A stretch of 63,967 nucleotides of DNA, filler included, from Octopus bimaculoides (lineage: Eukaryota): NCBI RefSeq assembly GCF_001194135.2. It is 8 parts of 8 records of this genome, joined end to end, with 100 filler letters (N's around TTAATTAATTAA, not from the genome) between each part and the next. Parts side by side here need not be neighbours in the genome. Positions count along the whole stretch, not along the records: positions 23,869 to 37,706 come from NC_068982.1; positions 37,807 to 50,680 come from NC_069003.1; 6 more parts are not named here. One strand, 5' to 3'. Of this stretch, positions 25,761 to 39,189 are shown one piece after another (position 1 is the first letter of the stretch; every line of letters starts with the position of its first letter). A program made the translations under genes and the position numbers. Under the pieces are notes generated by a model. That model did no database searches. It had not been told where the DNA came from and saw only the letters and a program-made list of their open reading frames with translations.

Positions 25761-26034
25761 AATTGAAAATTATTATCGATAACGCTTCGAAATGGTATTG
25801 ATATTTGTCAATAACACATGTGCGGTGAGCGTGTTTTTGTGTGTTTTCCTGTTTTCTATATATACTTTCGTCGTCCTTTTGTGCCACATTTTATTGTGTG
25901 TGTGTGTGTGTGTGTGTAGAAAAGTGGCTATGTGGTAAGAAGCTTGCTTTCGCGCATGCGTGTCGAGTTCGCTACTTGCAGCTAAACAAGGAAGACGTGG
26001 TTTTTTTTTTTAGCTCCGTCTTGTGAAGAATAGT

Positions 26035-27781
26035 GAAACCGTCGAGTTAGGTGTGTTTGACTATGTGGAGCTGGGTGGGATTTATTGGTCGTTTTAATTT
26101 TTATCAGTAAATTGTTCCAAGCTCTGGGGCAATTTCGCCTGCCTTGGCAGCTTAAAATTGTAGCTCGTTTTAGCGAGCGAAATATTGTGTTCTCGTCGCC
26201 ATAACGGTGGACCGTGGACTTTTTTGAAAACTTCTTGGAAGTGTCTACGCGTAATAACTTGTATATTTTAGTGGGGTATTTCGCTGGAAAAAGTGATACC
26301 TCGTTGAATTTACCCAACTGGAGTACCATAGAGAAGAACCTTGTCTATTGGATTTACCTGTTGAAGTGTTATACCGAGCCAAGGATTCCCTGTCTGTTCA
26401 ATTTTTGTGAACATTGTTTTCTTGTTATTTTTCTCTTCCTTTTTCTAAATTTCGGTTTATTCTTTTTTGTAATTTTGTAATTTCAGTTTTTTTCTCTTCT
26501 CTCTTTATTTTGTTTCTTCTCTATTTTTATTTGGACTATTTTGGTGAAGTGTGTTGAACTGCTGTTTTTCTTTGGACATGGCGGAGAAGAACCCTTCCTT
26601 GGAGTGGGAAGTGGTCCCACCCAAGGAGTGGTTGAAAGACTTAGAAAAAAGAACGGTGGTGCTGAGGACCTATTCTTGGTCGCTCGGCACCATCGTTCAA
26701 TTCAACAAAGAAAAAATTAAATAAGATTTGGCAGATTATTTGCCATCTGTCAAACATATAGCTCGGGGGGCCAAATTTCCAACGGTGTGGCTGCTGTTTG
26801 GCACTCCCGAGGAAGCTTGCAAATTTGCAAGCGAGCCCCTTAGGGCGAGAAAATTTTGTTCCTCCCCACATATTGTGGGTTGCAGCTGATAAGAGCCTGG
26901 ATGTGTGGGCTGCCGCCCGGGATAATTCACCAGTGAATAGANNNNNNNNNNNNNNNNNNNNNNNNNNNNNNNNNNNNNNNNNNNNNNNNNNNNNNNNNNN
27001 NNNNNNNNNNNNNNNNNNNNNNNNNNNNNNNNNNNNNNNNNNNNNNNNNNNNNNNNNNNNNNNNNNNNNNNNNNNNNNNNNNNNNNNNNNNNNNNNNNNN
27101 NNNNNNNNNNNNNNNNNNNNNNNNNNNNNNNNNNNNNNNNNNNNNNNNNNNNNNNNNNNNNNNNNNNNNNNNNNNNNNNNNNNNNNNNNNNNNNNNNNNN
27201 NNNNNNNNNNNNNNNNNNNNNNNNNNNNNNNNNNNNNNNNNNNNNNNNNNNNNNNNNNNNNNNNNNNNNNNNNNNNNNNNNNNNNNNNNNNNNNNNNNNN
27301 NNNNNNNNNNNNNNNNNNNNNNNNNNNNNNNNNNNNNNNNNNNNNNNNNNNNNNNNNNNNNNNNNNNNNNNNNNNNNNNNNNNNNNNNNNNNNNNNNNNN
27401 NNNNNNNNNNNNNNNNNNNNNNNNNNNNNNNNNNNNNNNNNNNNNNNNNNNNNNNNNNNNNNNNNNNNNNNNNNNNNNNNNNNNNNNNNNNNNNNNNNNC
27501 TCCTTTATCACGAAGGAGAGCCTGTGCGAGAATTTTTGGACTGTCTGGGCGACCGCGACCTTACTTACTCGGACTGCACAGGCAGTCCAATATTGTCTCC
27601 GCAGGTGGCTGTGGAGGTAGTACCATATAAGGTCTTTTCAAGGGTCATGGCGACCTTTGACGGGAAGGATTTTGCATTCCTTTTCACGGGTCCCGACTTG
27701 TCGGTGCAGAGTTGTCTGCAAGCGGCAAGTCAACTTGCTTGGGGGCTCTGTAACTTAGCAATTCGGCAAAAGACCCGATAG
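26035..27781 (+). mobile_element. Decayed L1/Tx1-like ORF1 (gag/RRM-like) segment spanning a gap
   Basis: GC-richer segment with ATG at 26578 (MAEKNPSLEWEVVPPKEW...). Frameshifted pieces VWLLFGTPEEACKFASEPL and LPTYCGLQLIRAWMCGLPPGI resemble L1-clade ORF1. After the gap an open frame LLYHEGEP...TFDGKDFAFLFTG...QKTR*. Family assignment is tentative. Confidence 0.4.
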
Positions 27782-27885
27782 AATAAGTATCAGGCTTGAA
27801 AAGCCTATTCCTGGAGTTGAGTTGTTCGACGAAAATTTCAAGGCGGTGCCCCAGCATGGACGCTGTCTAATGACAAGTAAATGAT
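27745..27885 (+). mobile_element. 3' portion of SINE family B
   Basis: tgtaacttagcaattcggcaaaagacccgatagaataagt...aaggcggtgccccagcatgg, matching ~10990-11130. Confidence 0.7.
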
Positions 27886-28563
27886 AAAGATATATATATA
27901 TATATACATACATACATTCATACATATTCGTGTTCGATAGCTTTGAGAATAAATTTGAATAAAACTTGGTTGAATTGAATTTAAAAAGATGCGCCATAAG
28001 TGTCCAGGCATTGTAATGCAATGTAAGTTCGGAATTCTGCTTTATGCACGCCATATAAGTCCAGATATATATATATTTTTAATTTTGGGGAATTTTAAGA
28101 AACCTTTTGCGAATTTGTATTCGGCACACAGGGATTCATACGATTATGCAAAAACCAAAACAAAAGAAATGGGGATGCGTGATTTAGCCCTTATTTTTAG
28201 CACATCTCTCCAACAGCTCAATGAATAGAAAATATTTGTCAACACGTGCTTTCTCGCAGACAAAAGAGTTCTCATGCTTGGCATTTTACTGTGGAAACAG
28301 GCATGAACGTGTCTGTGGTTTACGATTGGCTAAAATTACCCGAAATTTGCAAATTTTAAAAGCCATTAACTTTTTATTGATTGATTTATCGCGAAAATGA
28401 ATTTCAAGGCTTGATTAGCATATAAAACTATATCATTACACCGAATAGGAAATCTATTCGAACAAAAATTGAAGAAATTGAAGATTGGCATCCAAACAGA
28501 AAAGATCCCGACTCTGCACCCCACCCAAATTTCAGGCCTTATTAGTAAAAAGGATTATTATTA

Positions 28564-28613
<50 letters not shown>

Positions 28614-29066
28614 GTTATTGTTGTTGTTGCTGTTGTTATTGTGATTTAACAATGGATTACTTCTATTCTCATAATGATTTGTTTTTCTTATGACGACATC
28701 GATGAGAAAGCAATGTTCAAGGTGAAATGTGGCAAACATAGAGAAGAGACGGTGAATTCTCTGATGTCAAATTCTCTGATATGAAAATGAAGGACAGTTT
28801 TCAGTATCAACGACCTGGTGATAGAAAAGCGGTGAAATTTTCTTTGAAGAAATGGTCATACCTGAATAATTTCAAAGAGTTCTCCTCAGACGGCTTCAAC
28901 TATGACTCAAACGCATCGGCTGAGATAGAGTGTGCATTAGTAAGGAAGAGTTTCTGTACCAACGAGTGCAATTAGAACATCCTATATCATTTAATAAATA
29001 GTTGTGTCTATTTTTGACTATTTTCTGTATCAGTAAATCTCTTATATATATGTGTGTGTACGTGTA

Positions 29067-29120
<54 letters not shown>

Positions 29121-30593
29121 CATACATATATGTATATATATACATGCACATACACATTCATATATACATGTATGTATACATACAAACATACATACATACA
29201 TGCAAATTTATATGTGTGTGTATTGCCAATTAAATTAATATATATTTTTTCTCGTATCTTTTTCTACAATCTTCACAAATTATAAAATAATCTTTATGTA
29301 AATCTAAATAATAAATTGAATGATATCCCCCTGCTTTTAGAGTGGAAATATTGATTTAAGATATCTAGATTATTTTGAATATTAATAATTTCATTGCATC
29401 AATATATGAATCAAGGAAGAATGTCTATGCTTATTCAAAACGTGAATGGTTATTTTTAATCGTATTTCACATACCCCTTTATGAATTTATCCCTCAATAT
29501 TTCATCGTCATCAGGATAATGATACCAATGCAAGGAACCCCTCTATTTGTCTCATAATGACAAAGTAATATTCCTAATGGCGCATTACAAAATGTTTTCA
29601 AGTATTTTGTTAATTGGTATAGTAAACGGTGAAGAGAATCAGGAGCCTTTATACGATATCTTCGCCTGCAGCTCATAATAGACACATATACACACTAATG
29701 TGAAGCAAAAGCTGAAGACTAAATGACGTTATGTAGTTCTAGATTCTCTATGGTTGAAAGGAGTGCTGATGGTCACCGAATTCATTCTTTAATCATGTCT
29801 GCATGATTCATGCTGTTTGAGCGCTTTTGGCCAGAATTATCTTCACTTCACATACTGACACATTCAATCGGATTGTAAAATTTATACTGTGCTGTTATTT
29901 TCAGTCCTTATAATTTTGTGAGCTCAGTATCATTTCATTTTTTCAAGCCCAGTGTAAATGTTATTCTTCCTAGTGTTACTTGTATGATTCTCTCCTGATT
30001 TTAATGTTTTAATCCAGTACTTTTTTAATCCCATATAGTGTGATTTATTTCATTACAAATTTCTTTATATAGTCCAATACCTAGTTTGCATAGAAGAATC
30101 TCATTTAACTGATTATTTTGTATAATATATTTTTTGTCTCTGCGAATAATTTTTGGCTATTAAATTACTAATCGTCGCACAAACGAAATGACATTCCAGT
30201 AAATCCCATAACGGCATAAATAATGTGACTTTTACGATATTTTCTTGAGTAAATCGAGATACAACATGCTAAAAACTATGCGTAGTTATGTGAGCTTTAT
30301 ATTACGATAAATAACAATCTGCAAAAAAAAAAAAAAATCAGAATATCTCATCTATTAAAAGCATTAGTATTTAAGTGATTTAATTTCACCTTGTATACTT
30401 CTCAATAAAATATATTTGATACACAGACAAACACACATATAGTGCATACATCATACATATATACATATATAAACACACATACATACGCGCATGCACACGC
30501 GCACACACACATATACACACACACTTATATATATATACATATGCATGTATAGCTATATATATCTGTATCGATCCACACACACACACACACACC

Positions 30594-30640
<47 letters not shown>

Positions 30641-31575
30641 TACATGTTAATACATACATTTGCACATATGTACTGACACCCACATATATGTATATAAATG
30701 TGTATGTATGTGTGTTCGCGTGTGTATGTGTGTGTATGTAAGTATCTTTGTATATATGTACTTGAGCATGTAATTTCGTTTAAATGGCCTACACATAATA
30801 CTTAAAACATAGCCAATTCTAGTTACGGAAGTGTATGTGGTAATATTTATGTGTTAATGTAGAGGTAAATAAAAATATGACTCACACACTATGTTATAGA
30901 CACGTTTTCCATTTTAATATTAAATATAGAAGAATGACTAATATATAAATGAAACATATTTTCTTCAACATCAAATATCTACCATGCAAATGAGATTATT
31001 TATTGTATAATAATTTCTTCACTAATGAGTGAAGAGCGTAGTACATACTACTATTGTTGTTTGTATGTACTACATAAGTATATTATTGAATAATTCCGCG
31101 TCAGATGTATGAAAATCTTTTCTATTGCTTTTGTAAATAATAAATAATGTGACATGCTCTCTTATGAGAGCAACAACCAAGAAAATGTTGTGACTACTAT
31201 CTAGCCTCAGCGAATTATAGATAGTAAATATAAAGGAAAACGTATAAAAGATTGGTCCAATACAGAATTGTAACAGGTGACATCTAAATCTATTTACGTC
31301 CGGATTTGTTGCTGTTTGAAACTTTTGCAGAAAATTATCATTGCTTTTGAAATGAGATCGACCACGAATTGAGCAGATGCAGTGCAAGATATCTCCATCT
31401 GGGCTCTAAAAGTTCCACCAATCCATCACTTAGCGTGTTAATCTATAATCCCCCAAAAATTTGATAATTAAAGCAGAGGTTGCTAGAGTTTGATATCCGA
31501 GCGCAGGAAAACAAAACAAAGACAAGGCATTGCATGCAATATTCAAAGGTGATTCATCTAAGCCGATGAAGTTCA

Positions 31576-31657
<82 letters not shown>

Positions 31658-31660
<3 letters not shown>

Positions 31661-32110
31661 TAGTCTTATTCTTATCACGTGCTTTCACTGCACTACCGAG
31701 CGCAGCTCTGTGTGCCTTCGGTATATGCTCTGGTTTGTTTTGATGCTCTTATTGTTACTGTATCGAAAGTGTTTTACATAGGATCTGTGTGGTGCCTAGT
31801 AGTGCTATTTTCTGTATGTTATATATATTTGTTCGTCGTGGGGTTTTTATGTATGTGTCTAATTATTTTTAATCATAACTAATGCGCCTATTATGATAGG
31901 AATTGCTTCTTCTGTTTTTAGACTCCACATTCCAGTTACCTCTATTTCCAGATCTTTGCATTTTAAAAGTTTCTCCATTTCTTTTCGAGAAACGTTGTCA
32001 TCTGTTGCTATTGATACATCGATTAGAAAGCATTTATTTTCTTGATAATCTCTGTCAACTATATCTGGTCTATTGTCCTTAATTTCGTTGTCTGTTTGTA
32101 TTGGCATATT
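31658..32110 (-). mobile_element. R4/Dong LINE 3' fragment (RLE domain + 3'UTR) between (TTA)n arrays
   Basis: IQTDNEIKDNRPDIV...CFLIDVSI...EIEVTGMWSLK...PIIIGAL...IQKIALLGTTQILCKTLSIQ*. (TTA)n at 31580-31657 and ~32145-32215. Confidence 0.85.
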
Positions 32111-32142
32111 CTATAGTTTGGTTGCTTCTCATTTATTATAAC

Positions 32143-32215
<73 letters not shown>

Positions 32216-32217
32216 TT

Positions 32218-32345
32218 ATGTTTGACTTTTGTTTTGCATTTGTACAAGTTGGATCCAAGTCTCACCCAGAGACCTCAAGAGACAACAAGTTAGAAGTTCA
32301 TGTAGGTGTTATGCCTAGGGTACCATATATTTGGATTTGTACAGT
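32218..32345 (-). mobile_element. Short R4/Dong 3' end
   Basis: Shares cttgaggtctctgggtgagacttgga with the 3' end at ~63260-63290 and is followed by (TAA)n. Confidence 0.65.
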
Positions 32346-32415
32346 TTTGTTCTAGTGAATATTTAAGAAGCCATAAGAAAATTATCTATTGCTTTATTAT
32401 TATTATTATTATTAA

Positions 32416-32478
<63 letters not shown>

Positions 32479-33064
32479 AAAAGATTGACGTAACTCTTCA
32501 CAAAGGCAAACAGTCAAGAGGAAGAGAGCGGTTCGATTGTAAGATATTTTATTAGTTGAACGATATTTCAATAGTACGTCTGTCTTTGTCAAGTCCAAAA
32601 TAAGAAGTGATAAAAATTCAAAATTACAGATATTTAAACGTAAAGTATGAATGAGAGCAACCAGCGTCCACACGTTGATGGAATGAAATCATCAGTTAAG
32701 TTACAATTTTATAACAGGCGAAAAGAAGACGACAGAAAAAAAGGAAAGAAAAAGAGAGAAACAAGAATATTTAATGAAACAGTTTTGTGTAAATCTGATG
32801 ATATTCTCCTTTCATCTTATTCATTCCTCCAGAGTGTGATGTTAATAACCCGCAAACATATTTCTCCTCATACATTCTGAGAAATGAAAGTAGAACAGAT
32901 TCAGAATATTTTCTGAGAATATGCATTTTCAAGTCTTCTTCAAAATTGCAACCGCTTGAAACGAAATGTTCAGCAAGTTCTGTCGAATTAGTGTTATTTT
33001 GCCTGACGTTGAATCTGTTCCCATTAAATCTTTTGTTTAATTGTTCTTATTAATTTACTGTCCC

Positions 33065-33280
33065 CAAGGGGCTACACACGGAGGGGACAAACAAGGATAG
33101 ACAAACGGATGAAGTCGATTATATCCACCCCAGTGTGTAACTGGTACTAATTTAATCGACCCCTGAAAGGATGAATGGCAAAGTCGACCTCGGCGGAATT
33201 CGAACTCAGAACGTAACGGCAGACGAAATACCGCTTAGCATTTCGCCCGGCGTGCTAACTTTTCTGCCAGCTCGCCTTTT
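33065..33280 (-). mobile_element. SINE family A (long-tail variant)
   Basis: cccaaggggctacacac...ggacaaacaagga...aagtcgacctcggcggaattcgaactcagaacg...ttctgccagctcgcc. Confidence 0.85.
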
Positions 33281-33289
33281 GCTTAATTG

Positions 33290-34130
33290 TTCTGTTGTAC
33301 AACCAACATAAATTAAGTTGTGTTTCATGTATTTTGCAGCGTACACCAAATGGGAATCTTTACATGTTCCACCTTCTGTATAAATCATAACATTTCTGTT
33401 ATGATTTCTGATAGAATTCACTTCACTCATGTTGTTGCACAATGAACAGTGCTTACCTCTCTTGCGGCTGTTCTCTAAGGTACAGCGTGCTGATACTCCA
33501 GTGTTCGTTCTCTTGGAGTCAGATATAAAGGTCAATAATTCGCTTATATTCTTATTCCGTCTAAAAGCTACAATAGGCGGCTGAGGAAATATCTATTTGA
33601 AACGAGGATATTTTTTCGCCACATGCTGGTAACTTTCATGCAACACTTCTGAAATGCCAGCGAAATGACGGTGCCAGCTAATCAGTAAAGGAATTCTGCC
33701 ATCTTATTGTATTGTGTTTGCTAAAATTATGCGTGTAGGTTTGATTATCTTTGCTAATCTTAGTTATTTCATTTGATATTTCCTTTAATCGTGATTCACT
33801 GTAACCGTGTTTGACAAATGCATTTGCATGTTTCCAGTAATTCCCTATGTCAGTACAAATCCGTTTTATCCTCAAAAATTGGGATTTATTTGACCGAATA
33901 AGATGATGTGGATGATCGGAGCGGCGATGGAGATAGATGTAGGATGACAGTTTGAATTTACCTGTTCGCAGGAACTAATGGCACAAATAACACCGTAGTA
34001 TTCACCACAAACAAACATTATTCCTACAATTCAAAAAGTTCATTTAATTAATCCCCAAGTTGGCGCATATGAGTGTGGCACTTTTGCCATGGTGTATGCA
34101 TTGGAACTGGTTAGTGGAAGTTTCTATTTG
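33290..34130 (-). mobile_element. Decayed Penelope-like element (RT C-terminus + GIY-YIG)
   Basis: YLHRRSDHPHHL...SQFLRIKRICTD...FVKHGYS, PPIVAFRRNKNISELL, then CKDSHLVYAA...IYVGCTTEQLSKR. Confidence 0.8.
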
Positions 34131-34134
34131 ATCA

Positions 34135-34405
34135 GTCAACAATGCGAGCACCCTCACTTCGTATTAAGTATGAACATTTGGTAATCCCAAATTTCATACC
34201 GATATACCTATAACATTTCTTGATTGTTTTGGTTAAGGAATCTATCTGTTTTTCACATTTCCCAAACAATTTCAACTCATTCATAAACAGAAGATGGTTC
34301 AATGGTAGGCCTTTCTTCCCGCATCGGTAACCCATCTTAACTTTCCTAAGTGTCATTGTTATGGGTATAAGTGTAATTACAAAAGATAACGGAGAAAACG
34401 AGTCA
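34135..34405 (-). mobile_element. R4/Dong RT fragment
   Basis: SFSPLSFVITLIP...LNHLLFMNELKLFGK...IGMKFGITKC, with (TAA)n at its 5' side. Confidence 0.8.
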
Positions 34406-34406
34406 A

Positions 34407-34471
<65 letters not shown>

Positions 34472-34473
34472 GG

Positions 34474-34549
<76 letters not shown>

Positions 34550-34550
<1 letters not shown>

Positions 34551-34855
34551 GCTCTTTATCACAGGTTTGGTTGGAGCTCCTGGAATCTTGCATGCGTTTC
34601 GGGCTTACTACCTGCAGCTTACGGTACCATGTTATTCGTTCTTTTCAGCTAATACTTTCTTGATTATTCTGGCTATGCCAAGGAGGAAAAGTATTTGTAA
34701 CAGTTCTACTGGGCACTTTATTCCAATTTCCTTTATGTTTCTCTTGACGCCTTCTGATACTCTTCGGAAGGGCCCAACAGTAATTGGCGTTATCTTCACC
34801 TTCTTCCTTTTCCATAGCCGGGCTATTTCGTACTTAAGAGTGTGAGCTGACAGAA
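34550..34855 (-). mobile_element. R4/Dong 3' end
   Basis: TLKYEIARLWK...ITPITVGPF...CPVELLQ...LLGIARIIKKVL, then a 3'UTR and (TAA)n/(CAA)n. Confidence 0.8.
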
Positions 34856-35040
34856 TCGTTAGCACGCCGGGCAAAATGCATAACGGTATTTCGCTCGTCG
34901 CCACCTTCTGCGTTCAAATTCTGCCGAGATCGACTTTGCTTTCCATTCTTTCGGGGCCGATAAATTGAGTACTGGGTCGATGTAATCGACTATCCCCTCC
35001 CCCGCCAAATTTCAGGCCTTGTGTCTATAGTAGAAAGGAT
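34856..35040 (+). mobile_element. SINE family A with (TTA)n tail
   Basis: gagctgacagaatcgttagcacgccgggc...gttcaaatt...ggccttgtgtctatagtagaaaggattattatt. Confidence 0.85.
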
Positions 35041-35051
35041 TATTATTATTA

Positions 35052-35127
<76 letters not shown>

Positions 35128-35129
35128 CA

Positions 35130-35400
35130 TCTCTTCTGAGTTATCTATGTCACGTCTTTGCTTCATCCCGTAGCTTAGAGACGCAACACTTTTCTCAACA
35201 AATAAGCTGCTCCAAGTATTGCTGCCAACTTACTATATTCTATGAAGTTTGATATTTGCAGTTTTAATGCCAGACTATTGCTTTTTTGTAGATGTCCCAA
35301 GTGCACCGATTATAATAGGTGCCACACCCATTTTTGAAGCTCTATGGATGCGTTTCCTTTTCATTGTTCTCATAATATTCTGCTTTGCGAGACACCACAC
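35130..35400 (-). mobile_element. R4/Dong 3' end, tail-to-tail with the SINE
   Basis: Reverse complement encodes VAPIIIGALGT...QLLVEKSVAS-like RLE terminus and shares the (TTA)n array at 35040-35128. Confidence 0.65.
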
Positions 35401-35689
35401 TGTGTCTCCCAAATTATCACCACAAAGAACAAAGCAACAACAAACTCCAAACAAACTATTAGCTATACTAACGCAAACATCACCACAACCAACTGCAACA
35501 ACACAACAATGAGCAACAAGGAAATCAAGAACTACAATATCGAAAACGCCAGCAGCAACAGTAGCAACAACAAGAATAACAATAAAAAAGAAACTATAAA
35601 AATAACAACGACGACGATAACATTAATAGCAACCAACAGTAAATCCGAAGCAACCTCAAAATTAGGACTGCCCTATAATCTTCAGAAAC

Positions 35690-36480
35690 CTGATAGCTAA
35701 CATAAGCAATAAGGTCTATCGTCTTCTAAACAAATATTTGATAAGGCAGCTCCTTACTATAACTATGTCCTAGGTAACAGCGGCTTTTAGTTCTAACAGC
35801 AGCTTCAAAGATAAAATGTATTACAACTTTTTAAAAATATGAATCGTAAAACTATACCAAAAATAGACCAAAGAAATTAATTTGATTCAACCTTCCTTTC
35901 TCCCTTAATATTAAGACTAACATAAGCAAGAAATTCCTGTCTCTTTTAGATAAACGTATTACAATATATTATAAATACAGGAAAATATTCAAGGGACGAT
36001 CAATTAAAATACCATACAGCTGTTGCCCTAATATGAAGAACATTATAACTCGTAAAAATCAAAAAGAGACCATTCACAGTTGTAACTGACGACATCCTGA
36101 AGCTAGCCCGCTCTACCAGACGTGTAAGATAAACTCCGTCATATACGAGGCTGAAGTTACAGCTACACTTCAAGATATATCAAATGAAAATAAAGGATTA
36201 CGTCGGGTTATGCGAGGCCAAATTCAAGGGACGTTAATGCAAACCACTTATCTACTTTCCAGCACATCAATAAAAGTAATGCAGCTATCCCTGTATAGAA
36301 TTTGAAGAGCAGCTCTACACCACATACAATTAAGTGGAGAATAGTGGAGAGATCTATGCTAATGGATCTAAGAATTCCAACACAGACCTGAAACTGTCAG
36401 CATGTGTAAACACATGGATAGGTTTCTTTTAGCAAATTGGCGGGCACCATCCACTCAGGATTGAGTTGTTGTCTCACAGA
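35690..36480 (+). mobile_element. Decayed Naiad-type Penelope-like element (RT thumb, Cys linker, GIY-YIG)
   Basis: QIFDKAAPYYNYVLGNSGF; LI*FNLPFSLNIKTNISKKFLSLLDK; IKIPYSCCPNMKNII; SCN*RHPEASPLYQTC...VIYEAEV; YVGLCEAKFKGR. Confidence 0.75.
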
Positions 36481-38144
36481 CTTTGACATATTTTCTGTTA
36501 GTTTGTTCTGTACCAGTTGTATTTAATGAGTTTTCTCCAATCAAGGAGGACGGGGATCATAGTTTTCTTGATAGTATTACTTTTTTCTCGCTCCATATTT
36601 TGCATCAACCTTCTTCACGTTTTTCCTACGTATTTTCGTATTTTCTCTCTCCAGCGCCCTTGCTTTTAAAATATATGTAATGCATAAAACATATATAACG
36701 TATAAAGAGCCTGAAAGATTGCCTTGAGATACATAACGTATTTTATACGTATGCCTGTTCAAGTATCATAAGGCATATAACTATTAGTAGCACTTTCTGG
36801 CGAGTATTTAATTGATATGTATAAAAAAAGCGTCCGATTCCAACGTACAGCATTATGAACTAGTGATTTGACCATAACTGCAGCTTTCCCTAAAACTTTT
36901 GGTTTTACATAGGAGGAAAGAAATTGCAGAATCCTGTCGATTAATCTGTTTCTGGAATTCTTATATTCCAGCTTTGAAACATCTTTGTCACTCTGATCCA
37001 AATTGTAGTTGAAAATTACGCAAAAGAAACATGTCTGTGGAATGCCAATCAGCTTTGCTCACTAATTCAATAAATATATCGCTCAGTCCATCAGTCATAC
37101 TGAATCGACAGGAGAGCCATATGTGTATGTTTATTGGTCAGGAAAGTTAGAAGCTCTGCATGGAATAAGGAATTTCGTCCTGATTCCGTACGAAATACGT
37201 GTATTTTTAACACGTTGACACCTCGACTTTCGTGCATTGCAAGATCGATAAACTAGGGGCTACAAAATGAACTGAGCATTATATAATCAACGATTGAAGA
37301 CGTAAAGGTGTTACACCTACATAAAAGAAATCAATTTGAAGAGTGAAATAAATAGGGAATTAGAGCCACAAAAATAACTAACAAACGCTATACATTTTTA
37401 GTATGTATTACTGCACTACGAAAAAAATATTCGACATTAGCTGACTCTATACAAAGTGTTCCAACGTCGTTTCTCCAATCTATAACTCATGAATGCTTTG
37501 GATAAAATCGAAAGTCAGAAGGTCAAAAAGAACATTCCGGAAAATATCACACAGAAAGAACGGAATATTTATTTATTTATTTATATATATTTATTCATTC
37601 ATTCATTCATTCATTCATTCCATATAAGAATTTTTCTGAATGTTTTCGACAGGTCAGTCATTGATGTACTGCATTCAATATAAACACTAATATGAATATA
37701 TATATANNNNNNNNNNNNNNNNNNNNNNNNNNNNNNNNNNNNNNNNNNNNTTAATTAATTAANNNNNNNNNNNNNNNNNNNNNNNNNNNNNNNNNNNNNN
37801 NNNNNNTATATATATATATGCATATATGCATATTCGTTGACACACGCACGTGTGCACGCGCGTGAGTACACATACTTAAATCTTGAACATCCTTCGGTTT
37901 GATCTAAGAATCCTAGTTGTTCAATGAAACGAACCATCAATTCATTCTATTTGCGTATAATGGTTGAGTATTCCATAGACACGTGTGCCCTTAACGTAAT
38001 CCTCAGCAGTGATTGTATGACACTGTGGGCTTCTACAGTTTCTTTCTTCACGACTACTCAGAAACATGCAGTCAATTTGGTCTTTATATTCCATTTACAA
38101 CCGAACAGATACAGCCCCAGAATTCATTGAGGTATATATAGAGA

Positions 38145-38888
<744 letters not shown>

Positions 38889-39044
38889 CTCTCTCTGTTT
38901 ATTTCCCCATGTTCCTTTCTGTTGAAGAGCGTAGGCTCGAAACGTAAAAGACTTTCTCACCTTCCCGTGAGTATTCAAACTAATACACCTGTTTGTTGTT
39001 TTCTGTAAATTTCAACTACATATATATATATATGTACGCGACAG

Positions 39045-39180
39045 GCTTCTTTCAGTTTCCATCTTCTAGTATCTTGGTTAGTCCGAGGCTATAGTAGAAG
39101 ACACTTGCTAAATTTGGCATACAGTGAGACTGAACCCGTAAACATGAGGTTGGGATGCAAAAATCTTACCACACAGCCAA
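39045..39180 (-). mobile_element. SINE family B, 5' part
   Basis: ttctttcagtttcc...ggctatagtagaagacacttgc...actgaaccc...ttaccacacagcc. Confidence 0.75.
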
Positions 39181-39189
39181 GCTGGTGCC

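Noticed and set aside
29485-29520. Minus-strand CTGATGA-cgat-GAAA
   Set aside because: No stem II can form and there is no NUH cleavage triplet in register.
36524-36560. ATGA...AA...GA string as the SECIS of the Naiad copy
   Set aside because: Only 9 nt between ATGA and AA and about 14 nt to the GA, shorter than canonical SECIS spacing. It fits a decayed hammerhead better.
36759-37001. 80-aa minus ORF (DRILQFLSSYVKPKV...)
   Set aside because: No recognisable domain or convincing splice signals.
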